Assembly: GCF_021869535.1 (NCBI RefSeq)
Contig: NW_026262701.1
Location: 37,386,001-37,450,000 of the forward strand
Length of the DNA stretch: 64,000 bases
Source: Mytilus californianus
Taxonomy: Eukaryota
Direction of reading: 5' to 3'
Numbering within the stretch: position 1 is the stretch's first letter; each line of letters starts with the position of its first letter. The notes beneath the pieces were generated by a model. The model was not told the origin of the DNA. It ran no database searches and was given only the letters and a program-made list of their open reading frames with translations. Below, in pieces: positions 46,588 through 59,420 of this stretch. The position numbers and the translations under genes are program-made.

Positions 46588-49500
46588 TCATCTATTATTT
46601 CTGAAATTATAATCTTCATAGTCAACATCATAATCCTGGTAAGATTCATTGTTATCCTTGTCATATCTAGAATCACTTTCTTCAAAAAAGTCAGAATATT
46701 TTTTATTAGATCTTTTTTTCCATTTTTTCAAAATGTTTCCTTTTGTTGACTTTTCCTTTCCATCTTCCGATGAAGATTCTGATCCGTCCATTGTTTGAAA
46801 TCTAGCACTTACAAAAGATTTAAAGTCATGGTCATTTGCTGGTTGTCTATGTTTCAATTTGTGTTTTGAAACTTCTATTTTTTTCATTAGAAGTGCATGG
46901 TTTAATCCATATAAATCATCTCTGTACTGATTAAATATGTTGTAATCTAAATCAGTTCTATAATTAGATTTAGCCTCATTTTGAAATTTTGCAATCTCTG
47001 CTTCAATTTTCTGTGTATTATTAGATTCCATATGTACAACTGGGGTATCTCCAACATCAAATCTCTCTCTGATTTCTTGTAGTTTGTCTGTTCTATGATT
47101 ATTACTTTGTATTAAATTTTTAGATTCTGTATCAGTGATTTCTGGCTCAGGCAATTCAGAATGGAGACCAAAATCTGCTTCTTCAAACATTTTGTTCATT
47201 TTAATTTCCTCTGTTCGAGCTTCATCTTTCAGAAAAACAATTGGTGGTATATTAGCGATCGGTCTGTAAGATGTTAGAATTGCTCTGCAACAAATAAAGA
47301 AAACAATTCAGTGAAAATGTGATAGGCCACCTAAATTGTCATGATTGTTTGTGTTGAAATTTTATTGTTTACATGGATATATCGGTACATCTTTCTTAAC
47401 TGATGAAACTACCTGTAATAAAAAAAAATGAAGACAGACATCACAATGAATATACCCTGTAATAAACTACATTATAATGCATATGTTAAGAGTTTTCATA
47501 TTTATACCATACAGTCGACTCTTGTTATCTCGAAGTCAGTCGGACCAGAGAAATATTTCGAGATACCCATATTTCGACTCAAACAAATACTGGAAGTTTG
47601 AAAAAGGGACACAACTCTTGTTTAGCTGGTAAGGCTAAAATAAATCCATAAATATGGGTCTGGATCGATATTCTGATCGGAGATCGATGTATCTGTATGT
47701 TATTGTCTTTTATAATTTTAATAAAATTATGTTGTTTTTGTCTCTTTGTTATTTCTTTATACAGTAACAATATTTCCAGTAGTTTTTGGCCGAGAGAATC
47801 ATTTTTGACATTTGATTCAAAGGCATATTGAAAGAAAACAACACAAATCTTATATAACACAAGAAATAATTTCTCAGATTTTAGAAAATTTAAATTTTTT
47901 TTCATTTCCTTTTATTTTGATCTTTTCCCACAAGAGTATACAAAAGATTAAAGAAGCCGATTGAGTAGTTTTGAGTTGTTCACTGACTCTCACTCATCCA
48001 ATTTCGACTCATTAGGTAGTCGAAATACATATATTTGTATGGAACAAAGTTTGGGACCACAGGAAAATTTCGACTCATCCGAAATTTTGAGTCAACCAAG
48101 TTAGAGACAACGAGAGTTAACTGTAATTATTATTATAGGTTCCAGTGAAAATACGAAAATTGTTAAGCCTTGCACATCAACAACTCTAATTGCTAACTAG
48201 TATTCCAAATTTCATGATCTTACAATATAATAATTACATGTATGTTTCATAGGAATCCATACTATTTGGCTGACAACAATTGTGAGACATTCTAAAATCA
48301 AATTGTATTTCTAGATAAAAAAAATAAAAAGATTCATGATTCCATGTGCTTCCCATGACAATGTCACTGCAATTCATAGTAAAAAAATGTAAAGCTTGAT
48401 ATAACTGGTAATTTCATTGCATATAAATGTAATAATTAAAATTGAATGCTTCGATCTTCTTTCTGTAATTTTACAGGGTAGTTAAAGCGTTTGAAAAGAC
48501 ACATATTTTTAGTATGAAGCGCTTCCACACTTCATCTGTCGAATTTCTCTGACTTAATATTCTTATTTAAGTCCTTTTCCTAGTCTGACAATGAAATCAT
48601 TCAATATAATTTTTAAAGTAGACTCAACAAAAATGGCTGTAACCCACTTTTGTTTAAACAGACATACTGATTTCAAAGAAATCTTTATCGAATGTCATAA
48701 TGAAAACAGCACTGATGTTGATGACAGCTAAAAGATGGTAATAGTTTGCATCAGCCCTTTTCCAAAGTATTAGAAAGGTAACTAATGGTTTACTTTTATA
48801 AATTTTGACTTGGATGGAGAGTTGTCTCATTGGCACTCATACCACATCTTCTTATATCTATGGATGGAGAGTTGTCTCATTGGCACTCATACCACATCTT
48901 CTTATATCTATTGGATGGAGAGTTGTCTCATTGGCACTCATACCACATCTTCTTATATCTATTGGATGGAGAGTTGTCTCATTGGCACTCATACCACATC
49001 TTCTTATATCTATTGTGACTTGGATGGAGAGTTGTCTCATTGGCACTCATACCACATCTTCTTATATCTACTGTGACTTGGATGGAGAGTTGTCTCATTG
49101 GCACTCATACCACATCTTCTTATATCTATTGGATGGAGAGTTGTCTCATTGGCACTCATACCACATCTTCTTATATCTATTGGATGGAGAGTTGTCTCAT
49201 TGGCACTCATACCACATCTTCTTATATCTATTGGATGGAGAGTTGTCTCATTGGCACTCATACCACATCTTCTTATATCTATTGGATGGAGAGTTGTCTC
49301 ATTGGCACTCATACCACATCTTCTTATATCTATTGGATGGAGAGTTGTCTCATTGGCACTCATACCACATCTTCTTATATCTATTGGATGGAGAGTTGTC
49401 TCATTGGCACTCATACCACATCTTCTTATATCTATTGGATGGAGAGTTGTCTCATTGGCACTCATACCACATCTTCTTATATCTATGGATGGAGAGTTGT

Positions 49501-52500
49501 CTCATTGGCACTCATACCACATCTTCTTATATCTATTGGATGGAGAGTTGTCTCATTGGCACTCATACCACATCTTCTTATATCTATTGGATGGAGAGTT
49601 GTCTCATTGGCACTCATACCACATCTTCTTATATCTATTGGATGGAGAGTTGTCTCATTGGCACTCATACCACATCTTCTTATATCTATTGGATGGAGAG
49701 TTGTCTCATTGGCACTCATACCACATCTTCTTATATCTATTGGATGGAGAGTTGTCTCATTGGCACTCATACCACATCTTCTTATATCTATTGGATGGAG
49801 AGTTGTCTCATTGGCACTCATACCACATCTTCTTATATCTATTGGATGGAGAGTTGTCTCATTGGCACTCATACCACATCTTCTTATATCTATTGGATGG
49901 AGAGTTGTCTCATTGGCACTCATACCACATCTTCTTACATTGTCTTATATCTATTGTCTACAAATTAACAAATACATATAGTTTACCTTAGTTTATTTTC
50001 TTTACTTTGTAGTAGAGTATCTAGTTCTTCATCTACCTCAGTACCAAAGGGTAGCCATAGCACATGGATGGCAGAGAAATCAGGCAGCATTTTAACCTTA
50101 ACAAACAAGATAAATTATTAACAATAATGAAATGCTCAAGTAAACAAAAAAAAAAAGCTAAGAAGGACACTCTTAATCAAAACAAAATTTCTATTGTTAG
50201 TAAAACTATTGACTTTCAGATAAAATGCATTCATGTTGTAGATGACCTTTGATGAGATGGTTTTACAAAAACATGTAAGATTTGCAACATTGTATCAAAT
50301 TTGTGTTGAAAAGCAATACCTAGAAATTGATAACTTTACTTTCAAGGAAATTTGTAGCTAGTTTTTAAATGTTTTCAATGTTTTTAGTAGACTCTTTAAT
50401 ACTAAATTTAACCACTTTTTAACAACTTTCATATTTGACCCTGTGGTTGAAACAAATACTGTTTATTTCATAGTACTCTATGGGATGTGATCTTAAGTAA
50501 ATATAACAGTATATATAAATATTGGACAAAAGATCAGACCATACCAACAACCAACAGCTGACTGCTCGCAAAAACAAAATACTATAAATACAGAAACAAT
50601 TGTGTGATTTGTGAAGCATGGAAAAATGTGAGATTAATTATTGCGATTCAAGGAAAATCTGCATACAGATATATGTATCAGATATAAAGATGTGGGTTCA
50701 TATCATTGCTATACTGTTCCAGTCGCATTATTCACATTAATAATAAAAAGCTTCGCTGAGTGCAGCCTGATACGACCGCAGAGGTTGAACCCTGAACATT
50801 TGGGAGCAAATTTGGACACAATATTCAAGCTTGATTCTGTCTGAATTTGGATTGTGATCAAATTTTTGACACAATATAGGTTTCTGACACAAAATAAATG
50901 TGGTCAAAGATCTTACAAATCTATTGCGCAATACTGTGCAATTTAAGGTTTCTTTTTTCTTCTTGAAACTTTTCAAAAATTTGAAATTTGTAAAAATTTT
51001 GAAAACAAAATATGAAGCCCTTAAAAAAATTGGAACCCCCCACCATTTTTGAATCCCTCCTTGGAGCAATTACCTCCAAACTCAATCCCAGCCTGTCCTT
51101 TGTAGTATGGAACCTTGTAGTACAATTTCAGAGAGATCCATTCACTTAAACACAAGTTATTGTCTGGAAACTAGAAAAATGCTTGTTTTTGTGATAGGTT
51201 AAACCAGTTTTACATGCACACAAATCCCCCTCTTTGCTTATCAAGACCATTTGTATAGATGTATTGATCCATGATTTGTTCTGTTCAAGGAATTTTCATT
51301 ATCTTTACCTTACTACTCTTTATTTTAAAAAATGTACATACAATAAAATCAGGCTACAATTTTTCTCCTAACATTATCAGATTTATATAATTTAGCATTA
51401 CAATACAAAATTCATACACTGATATGGATCGATGTATGTGTTGTACTTAACATGAATAAAAAACAATAAATGTTGCAATATGGCTTAAATTTCTACCAAA
51501 TCTGGCAACATTTTAGTTTTTGGTAAAATTGTTCTTTGCAATAAATCAGAACTAAAAATAAAGACATTCACACTTTACATAGTTTAATGATGATTATTAA
51601 GACCTTACACAATTTCAAAGAGAAATGGAAACAGTTTTTACTTTGACTCCTGCTTTGAATAACAGGAAATGTTAGGTATATGTCAGAAACCCAATGGCAT
51701 ATAACTATTAACACAAGCATATGTAAATCTGTGTATGCTAGAGATCACCCTGGTTTTTTTAGTGGGGTTCGTGTTGTTGTTAGTATCAAGTTTTCTATGT
51801 TGTGTTTTTGTAACTTGTTTGCCTTTGGTCTATTTTTGTTTTTTGTCATGGCATTAGTTTGAACATCCCTATTACGAATTAGCCGCAATACAGAGACACT
51901 AACTTATGTAACCTTTATTGTTAACGTAACGTGTTGTAACGTCATATGATTATTACGCTTTGTACAAATGTATTCATAACGTCTCTAGTCAGTTTAGTAA
52001 ACAGAGTTTGAAATATACACACGTCTTTCTATAATTTACACAAGATAGTACTACCACTAAACCCAAACATTGGTGCCGTGACTTATGGAGAAGATAAAAG
52101 CTATACGTGTCGGACACAGAAGTGCCGTCACCAGACTTATAAATAGAACAGATGAAAAATTGCCGAAAATGACATTTCTAACCAGGAACTATGTGCAACA
52201 GTTGAAACACTCGAGAAGAAAAGGGACGTTTTACAGGATTTGGACAACAAGATTATTGACATTACGGAAGTAGGAGAAATGGAACAAGAAATATTAGATA
52301 CGGATGACTACACTTTTCAGATGGAAATCACCATTCGCAAATTTAAGGATATACTGTCAGACTCAAAGACAAGTGTACCACAACAAATGGTGAGTGATAA
52401 TGCACATTCTTAATCGCATCACACTACTAATACTATACTCAAACAGAATTGTAATCAAACTCATGAAGATTTAGAAACAAACCCGTCACAACATATTCCC

Positions 52501-55500
52501 GTAATCCCGTCAAACTTTTATCACAGGCTACCTAAACTTGAACTACCGACATTTTCCGGGTTTCTTAGCATGGCAAACCTTCTGGGATTCTTTCCAAACA
52601 ACAGTACACACAAATCCGTCTCTCACGAATGTACAGAAATTCAGCTACTTAAAATCCCAAATCGTTCTGGAAGCTGAGCAATGCATTTCAGGACTAGCTC
52701 TCACTAGCGCCAACTATGAACTAGCAATTCATCTATTAAAGGAGCGTTTTGAACAAGAACAACACATTATCAACGCATACATGCAAAACTTATTGGAACT
52801 GCCCAGCCCGTCACTCTCACCAACAAACATTAGATACTTTTACGATAAAATGGAAACCAGTATACAGGGATTAGAGTCAATGGGACAATCTCAAGATACC
52901 TTTGGGTCACTACTTGTACCGATTATATTTGGTAAACTTCCCACTGAAATGCGTAAAAGTCTAACTCGGGAACATTGTAATAATAGCTGGGATATTAGAT
53001 CATTGAGAGAAGCCATTGGCAAAGAAGCATATGTACAGGAAGCAGGAAATTTCAAAATGTCGGACACTTTGACACCTACCGCATCATTCCATATTGCAGC
53101 AACACCAAGGTACAACACTAGTATACAACAGAACGGAGGAAATAAGAACAAAATAAATAAGGTAAAATTATGCGTGTTTTGCCAAGAACCACATTTTGCA
53201 TCAGACTGCACAAAAGTAGCAACGAATGAAAAGGGCTATGCGTTTATCAAACAGAAAAAACTATGTTTTAACTGCTTTGGAAGTCACAAAATTTCAGAGT
53301 GTACATCTAAATATACATGTTGTAAATGCAACAGAAAGCATCACACTAGCTTGTGTCAAAACAAACAACACACAGAGAACCAAACAACAAGACGAACAAG
53401 CGCAGCTGTAAATACTATGAATGATGAAATAGAAACACACACAGCTACAGTTTACACCTCGTATGAAAATCCCGTGAAACAGAGAACCGACATACTCTTG
53501 AAAACAGCCTTATCACCAGTTTCAGTAGGTAATAATTCCATTGTAACAAATATTCTTTTAGACGAAGGTTCACAACAATCTTTTATCACGGAGGATCTAG
53601 CAAAACAGTTACAATTAAAACCCTGTGGAATGAGTACACTCAGTCTTGCTGCCTTTGGAGAAACTGATCGTCATGTAAGTAACCTAGAAAAAGCCATTGT
53701 TCATTTGTAGACTATACATGGAGGTAAATTATCAATGGAAGTACTCATAGTACCAACAATCGCCGCACCGCTATCAAATCGTACCCATTACGAAGCGTTA
53801 AAGTTGCCATATTTACAAGGTATACAATTAGCCCATCCTGTAAGTGAGGAGAAACATTTTGAAATATCTATGTTGATTGGAGCAGATTACTACTGGGACA
53901 TCGTCGAAAACGAGGAACTACGAGGAATGGGTCCCACTGCAGTTAAGTCAAAATTGGGATATTTATTTCTGGACCAATGCCAACAATAGAAGGATCAACA
54001 GTACCAGCTGCTACGTTGAATGTATTAGTACAACACAAGAAGGAAGAGGTAGATCTGGATCAATTTTGGAAATTGGAATCTACGGGAGTAAAGCCAGATG
54101 AATCTACAAAAAAGGACAAACACTACTACTAGACATACGAGTCAACTCTATCACATCGCGACAATCACTATATAACAAAATTACCATGTAAAGAGAATCT
54201 GCCTGAGCTACCAAGGAACTATAACGTAACCAAGAACGGAACATCGAGAATTATCAGTAGACTGAACAGGGAACCAGAAATACAGAAATTATATAGTAGC
54301 CGATCAAGGAAAAAACAGATTTAATAATCGTCCGATTGATCAAATATACTCTTTGACTTGAAGTTTCTAATAAACATTTGCAAATCGAAATGCTACCAAA
54401 TTTCGTCGATCTCATGTTTGTGATTTACATAGAGACTGTTGGGTAAATTAAATTTCTTTATATATGAACTTTAAAGAAGTTATCCGTTTGCATACATGGA
54501 CTTTAAAGTGATTCTTATTCATTGTGAGTGTTTGCATGAAATTTTCGATTTTATTTATTAAGTTTTTTCCTTTCCACTTTCCTGTGGCCGGAGTATTACA
54601 AATTAGCCGCAATACAGAGACACTAACTTATGTAACCTTTATTGTTAACGTAACGTGTTGTAATGTCATATGATTATTACGCTTTGTACAAATGTATTCA
54701 TAACGTCTCTAGTCAGTTTAGTAAACAGAGTTTGAAATATACACACGTCTTTCTATAATTCACAAAAGCGAAGTACTACCACTAAACCCAAACAATCCAT
54801 TTAGTATCAGCCTTTCTTTCATAAACTTTACCTATTGCTGATGCTGACGCAACTGGGAAGCAGTTCACCCAAGTCTTGGTTTGGTGACTAGGTAAAAAAA
54901 AAAACCAAGAACACAGATTAGTATAAATTGAGTTAATACCTGTGTTATTTCTATCATCGAATCAGCAATCTGTTGGCTGAGTTCTCCACTGTTGATTATC
55001 TCCCTTATATAATTATACAATACAATACTGATATCATGGGCTCGTCTCTGTACTCTGTCACTCGGCGCTCTATATTTACTGCCAGGTCGTGTTCTTGTAG
55101 TTTCTAAGTCTAGTATTATCTGCTATATTTTTAAGAAATACAAAAATTGCTTTTTTTAATTACATATTCGTTATAAATATTGTTAAAACATTGATTCCAA
55201 ATATTACAAATCTAGTGTAAGTAGTTATCGTTATCACACCTGATTAGAAACTCTAAATTACATAAAAAATTCAAGTCAACATTCCCAATGAATGGTACCA
55301 ATTTTGTGTAATCCACTGCTCCTGCAGTTTCAAAGGAGACGCCTCAACATTTTCAACATGCAGAGAGTGTGGCACTCTCCTTAAATAATACATTGGATAA
55401 AGCTGGCTGCATTAACTGATTATACAAAATGAAATTTTAAAATGAATTGTACACCAATTATCAAAGATCTATCATGTGATAATTCTAAAATGGACCAAAT

Positions 55501-55762
55501 CAGAAAAATTAAATAATGACATTTTTAACACAGGAAAAATGAAACACTTGTATAGTTACCTCAACTATTGTTCTAAAAATACACTTATACTGAAGCATAT
55601 TCTAGAGTTAACAAATTAATTGCTATCATTTTCGTGAACATAATTTCCCTTCAATGATCATTCAAATATTTTTTTTAATTGACCTTTCTGCAATCTAAAA
55701 ACATAAACTGACAAATGCTAACCTTGGGTGAAACGTTCCATCCTGATGAGTTTTTATTCCTT
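46588..55762 (-). CDS. RBFA: Mitochondrial ribosome-binding factor A; exons 55762-55723 (tentative), 55119-54940, 50096-49987, 47284-46588; 5'-most exon(s) unresolved
   Basis: Spliced translation reads ...RRAHDISIVLYNYIREIINSGELSQQIADSMIEITQ|VKMLPDFSAIHVLWLPFGTEVDEELDTLLQSKENKLR|AILTSYRPIANIPPIVFLKDEARTEEIKMNKMFEEADFG..., matching RbfA-domain motifs (V.xxPDFS...W; PPIVFxxD; ADFG). GT/AG boundaries and phases (0,0,2) are compatible. Confidence 0.9.
47512..48123. mobile_element. pogo/Tigger-like MITE in an RBFA intron
   Basis: ta|cagtcgactcttgttatctcgaa ... ttagagacaacgagagttaactg|ta. Confidence 0.75.
48811..49937 (+). repeat. Tandem array of a 51-bp unit, about 22 near-identical copies, in an RBFA intron
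   Basis: Unit tggatggagagttgtctcattggcactcataccacatcttcttatatctat. A few units are 50 or 57 bp. The unit matches the terminus of a dispersed repeat also seen at about 10595, 13275, 26445 and 26545. Confidence 0.97.
51870..52069 (+). repeat. 5' LTR (200 bp)
   Basis: Direct repeat of 54594-54794; ends ...ccaaaCA and is followed by the PBS. Confidence 0.92.
54594..54794 (+). repeat. 3' LTR (201 bp)
   Basis: Direct repeat of 51870-52069 with a few substitutions; preceded by gtggccggag. Confidence 0.92.
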
Positions 55763-56380
55763 CTGAAAAGAAAAAATATGATAATCATAATTAATGCATA
55801 AAAAATGTCACTTGTTGACTAATATAAGCAGGGCTCAGTGAATCTATAGTTGGAGCTTAAATAGCTCAATCATGCTTTATTAGTTAAATTTACATACAAA
55901 AATGATCATCCTGAGGTTTTTAAAATAAAATTTCACTTTAAATTCAAAAAAGATTATCAATGTACAAAATGAAATTTTATCAAAACTTTACATACCCAAA
56001 AGCAAAGATTTTATGAATGTTTTTTAACTCAAAGTCATTGTGAGGTTGTCAACAAGGAGTAAAAGCTCACACCTTACTGCAAGTTTAATATGGCCCTTGG
56101 CAACAGTTTGAGTAGTATTCTTTGCTACAGGTCGAACGAGCTACTTGCATCTGTGCATTGTAGAACACAGATATAACAGCAAAGAAATCTAACAGCTTGA
56201 TCAACATGCAGCAAATGCACTAGATATGTAGTTCTGGAATGTAGATGATATTCTCTGTCATCCTCCCAACAGACTATTTATTTGTCATAATTAAAATTTT
56301 ATATAATTATAAATTATCTGACAGTCATCTTATCAGCCAATACACAATTTGTGTTACCTGCCTTATGGTATTCTCTGAGG

Positions 56381-56500
56381 GGGAAGAAGATACATAAAAG
56401 GATAACTTGGCCTGGGAAGAAGATACATAAAAGGATAACTTGGCCTGGGAAGAAGATAAATAAAAGGATAACTTGGCCTGGGAAGAAGATACATAAAAGG
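56381..56500 (+). repeat. 33-bp tandem repeat, about 3.6 copies
   Basis: Unit gggaagaagatacataaaaggataacttggcct. Confidence 0.9.
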
Positions 56501-56749
56501 TAGACAGTTCTCTTTTGGTATTCTGGTTTCCTTCGTCAATGAAAACTGGCCACCATGATTTTAGTCAAGTGTGCTGAAAGTGGGGTTTAACACCAACATC
56601 AATCGTTCAATCATGAATTGTTATAGTTGTTCACAGTTTATACTTGTTATAGTAGTTCACAGTTACTTGTTTTTTTTCATTAACATATTTTGAAAAGTGC
56701 TAAATCAATCATTTTTAAACCAAATTCTAAAATACCACTGTATAAATGT

Positions 56750-56781
56750 GCTGTCTCTGAGTTTACCTACATCAGGAACGC
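56750..56781 (-). ncRNA. More decayed hammerhead relic of the same family (5' half only)
   Basis: The minus strand reads GCGUUC CUGAUGu AGGUAAACUCA GAgA; the 3' arm is missing. Confidence 0.4.
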
Positions 56782-57550
56782 ACAAACACAAAAAATTAAA
56801 AGCCGATGCAGAGTTGGTGAACATTTATCAGAAGAATGTCCCGGTTTGTACTGTAGCGTTTAGAAAAAAAATACAGACACTGAACATGCTGAAACTGGTT
56901 ACTTAAGCATGTTAAGAGGGGATTTATTTCAGCGACAGAGTATAGCCTCTTAATCCCTAAAAGGGAATTGCTGGTTCCCTTGAACTGATGAAATTCTGCT
57001 TCTATAAATAAAATGCATATGCACTGAACTAGAAAGTAGAAAAAAGGCCAGACCACAAGACTTTCAGAGCCTCTGTTTTCTACTTAAGACTTGATATAAT
57101 GTACATCTAAAGTACTTCTTTCAAAATTGATTTAAGTAAAAATTTTCAATGAACAGCTAAAAAAAGCAAGATCAGCCACCTGGGTAAACAATAGTTGTCT
57201 CAGTGTCAGTGATCTCATTATACATGTAGCTATAGTATAAAAATTCTCCTGGTGGAAATTTTTTTATTGATATTAATGCAAAGGTTGGGCACCAGAAACA
57301 CCTCACCCCTTTATCCTAGAACGTCTACTAAAATCCCACAAGTCTCTGAAAAAAATTTACCTATATACCTTAATATAACACAAGGTACCCAATTCTCATC
57401 TTTGGGAAAATGACACTCAGTCGGAAACTTTCTATATAATATTTCGATTCTGCAGTTGTCTATCCCACTAAAACATTATTATTATGTTGTAATAGCTCTT
57501 CAACTTTTTAGGTTTTTATACATCCTCTGTTTTCAAATATTCGGCTTTGA

Positions 57551-57592
57551 GCGTTCCTCATGAAGGTAAATCCAGAGAAGCGCTTCGGACGC
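57551..57592 (+). ncRNA. Degenerate minimal type I hammerhead ribozyme motif (retrozyme/PLE relic), probably inactive
   Basis: GCGUUC / CUcAUGA / AGGUAAAUCCA / GAgA / AGCGCU / UC / GGACGC. The stem I arms pair, stem III is palindromic, and two core positions deviate from CUGAUGA...GAAA. Confidence 0.62.
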
Positions 57593-58099
57593 ATGAAATT
57601 TATAACGTGTTGTTTTCATTTTTTGTAAATCTACATTAAATTATTTTAAAAGTCATGTATGACATGGTTATTTCTGTTGTCTGAATAATTTGTAGCAGGC
57701 CTTCCAAGTAGATCAAGCGTAAAATATTTCGATTTCTCACAGTGAAATGGCAAAGTTGACATCACAGCTGTAAATGATTAATTATAAAAAGTATTTCCCT
57801 AAATTCTGTAAGTTTTTCATGTTTTTCTCTGAATAGAACTTACAAAAAGTATCTGTCGTCCATACAGAAAATTTATAAAAGATATTGTAATAAAAAATCT
57901 TGTAAGTGTTATTTGAGGTATTTTAAATGTGTTAGTTCCTTTTTTCAAACTCAAATTTTCCAATTTCATTCAAACTCTGTGAGGACTTTACATAAATCAT
58001 GTAAATAAACTGTTGACACAGAGATATGTCTCTACTGTCGACATAAAATTCAGAAAAAGACAATCTGATGGACAGCAACATTGCCTTATTTATTCAAAG

Positions 58100-58690
58100 T
58101 TGCTGGACCAACTAGTGGGTAGGGCCTCGAAATGGTTGACCAACTGAGATGTACAGACAGCAATGTAACTTTATAGAAAATATTGTCTATTGTAAGTAGT
58201 TCCTATCAAACTAACTTACTCAGAAAACTTAACATTGAAAATTGTTAATTGATTGAAATTTACTGGACCATGACCTAGGGCGCAGGGCCTTGAAATAGTC
58301 GTCAAACTGATATGTACAGATGGTAATGCAACTTTATAGAAAATATCATTGATCTATCACAAGTAGTTAATATCAAACTAATTTAAGTAGAAAACTTATC
58401 ATTGAAAATTGCTAATTAATTGAAAGTCACTGAACCATGGCCATAGGGGCAGGGCCTCAAAATAGTCGTCAAACTGATATGTACTGATAGCAATGCAACT
58501 TCACACAAAATACCATTGATCTATCACCAGTAGTTCCTATCAATCTAACTTAAGCAGAAAACTTAACATTTAAAATTACTAATTAATTCAAAAGTCACTG
58601 CACAATGGCCTAGGGGGCAGGGCCTCAAAAAAGATGTCAAACTGATATGTACTGATAGTAATGCAACTTCATACAAAATATCATTGATCT
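58100..58690. repeat. Tandem repeat, unit about 167-169 bp, about 3.5 copies
   Basis: gtcaaactgatatgtac recurs at about 58301, 58468 and 58637. Confidence 0.8.
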
Positions 58691-59420
58691 ATCTGGTCTG
58701 TAAGGGGTAACACTTATATAAGTCATTTTTATTTACTTTAGGATGTAAGTAATTATATACTTGTATAAGTAAATTTGTAAGATTTATTTTTTCTTTTCAA
58801 GGTTTGAATAATCTCCCCTTAATCTTCTCCAAAAATTTACTTGTATAAGTAATTTTAATTTACAACCCCTAAAATTCTCAAGTTTTGGGAGGTAAAAACA
58901 TGCCTGAAACAATTTTTCTCTGGTTTATTAATAATTTTTAATTAGAGTTCAACCTTTAGTCTCACTATTTCAATAAAGAAATCAATTGTGCAAAGATGTT
59001 AAGTACATGTAACTGCCACTGCAAGGCCTTCAAATATTGCCCCCTGGAGTCTTGTAAATGAGCAGTATTTTGATGATAACAGACAAATGAGATTTTCATT
59101 GTCCATGAAATTATACTTAATATATGATTAGAAAAGACATCTGCAAAGGACAGACAATCAAGCACTCTATTAGAGCAAAGTAGTCAAGAGAAATTAAAGA
59201 AAAGAAAAAAAAAAAACTTTTTTACTTGTATAAATAAAGAAAATCGGATTGTCTAAGTGATAAAACTATTAACTACAAATGTATACCATTAAAATAATTT
59301 ACCTGTTCCAGTAAATAAAATACAATTGTATAAATATTACCCCTGACTGCTGGTAGGGCGAGTTGGCTAGCTTAAAATCAGTGGGATAAAACTCCTTTTA
59401 ATTTGTGGGGCTAGATTGTT

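Larger units (their letters stand above)
38798..47113. repeat. Direct tandem duplication of about 3.9 kb (copy 1 38798-42738, copy 2 42741-47113)
   Basis: Both copies start tacggaagagtcgctggaatag and end tgattattactttgtatt. The junction carries a 2-nt filler (tg). Paired ORFs 39299/43208, 39950/43859 and 42210/46588 are nearly identical. Confidence 0.95.
51870..54794 (+). mobile_element. BEL/Pao LTR retrotransposon, internally deleted and degenerate (gag plus protease; most of RT, RNase H and integrase missing)
   Basis: LTRs at 51870-52069 and 54594-54794. PBS TGGTGCCGTG at 52071 (complement of the tRNA-His 3' end). DUF1759-like gag (WQTFWDSF...KFSYLKS), Cys/His knuckles (CVFCQEPHFASDC; CFNCFGSHKISEC...CCKCNRKHHTSLC) and protease LLDEGSQQSFI, broken by stops and frameshifts. 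TSD atccc/atcca. Confidence 0.93.

Noticed and set aside
48805-49991. Long ORFs (387, 313, 297, 146 and 142 aa) and a CRISPR-like regular appearance
   Set aside because: The 51-bp unit is a multiple of 3 and lacks stops in several frames, so the ORFs are artefacts. The units are contiguous with no unique spacers, there are no cas genes, and the context is a eukaryotic intron.
56070-57056. Candidate 5' RBFA coding exons (including ORF 56796-57056)
   Set aside because: Each candidate has in-frame stops or phase conflicts, and part of the region is a retrozyme relic. Left unresolved.
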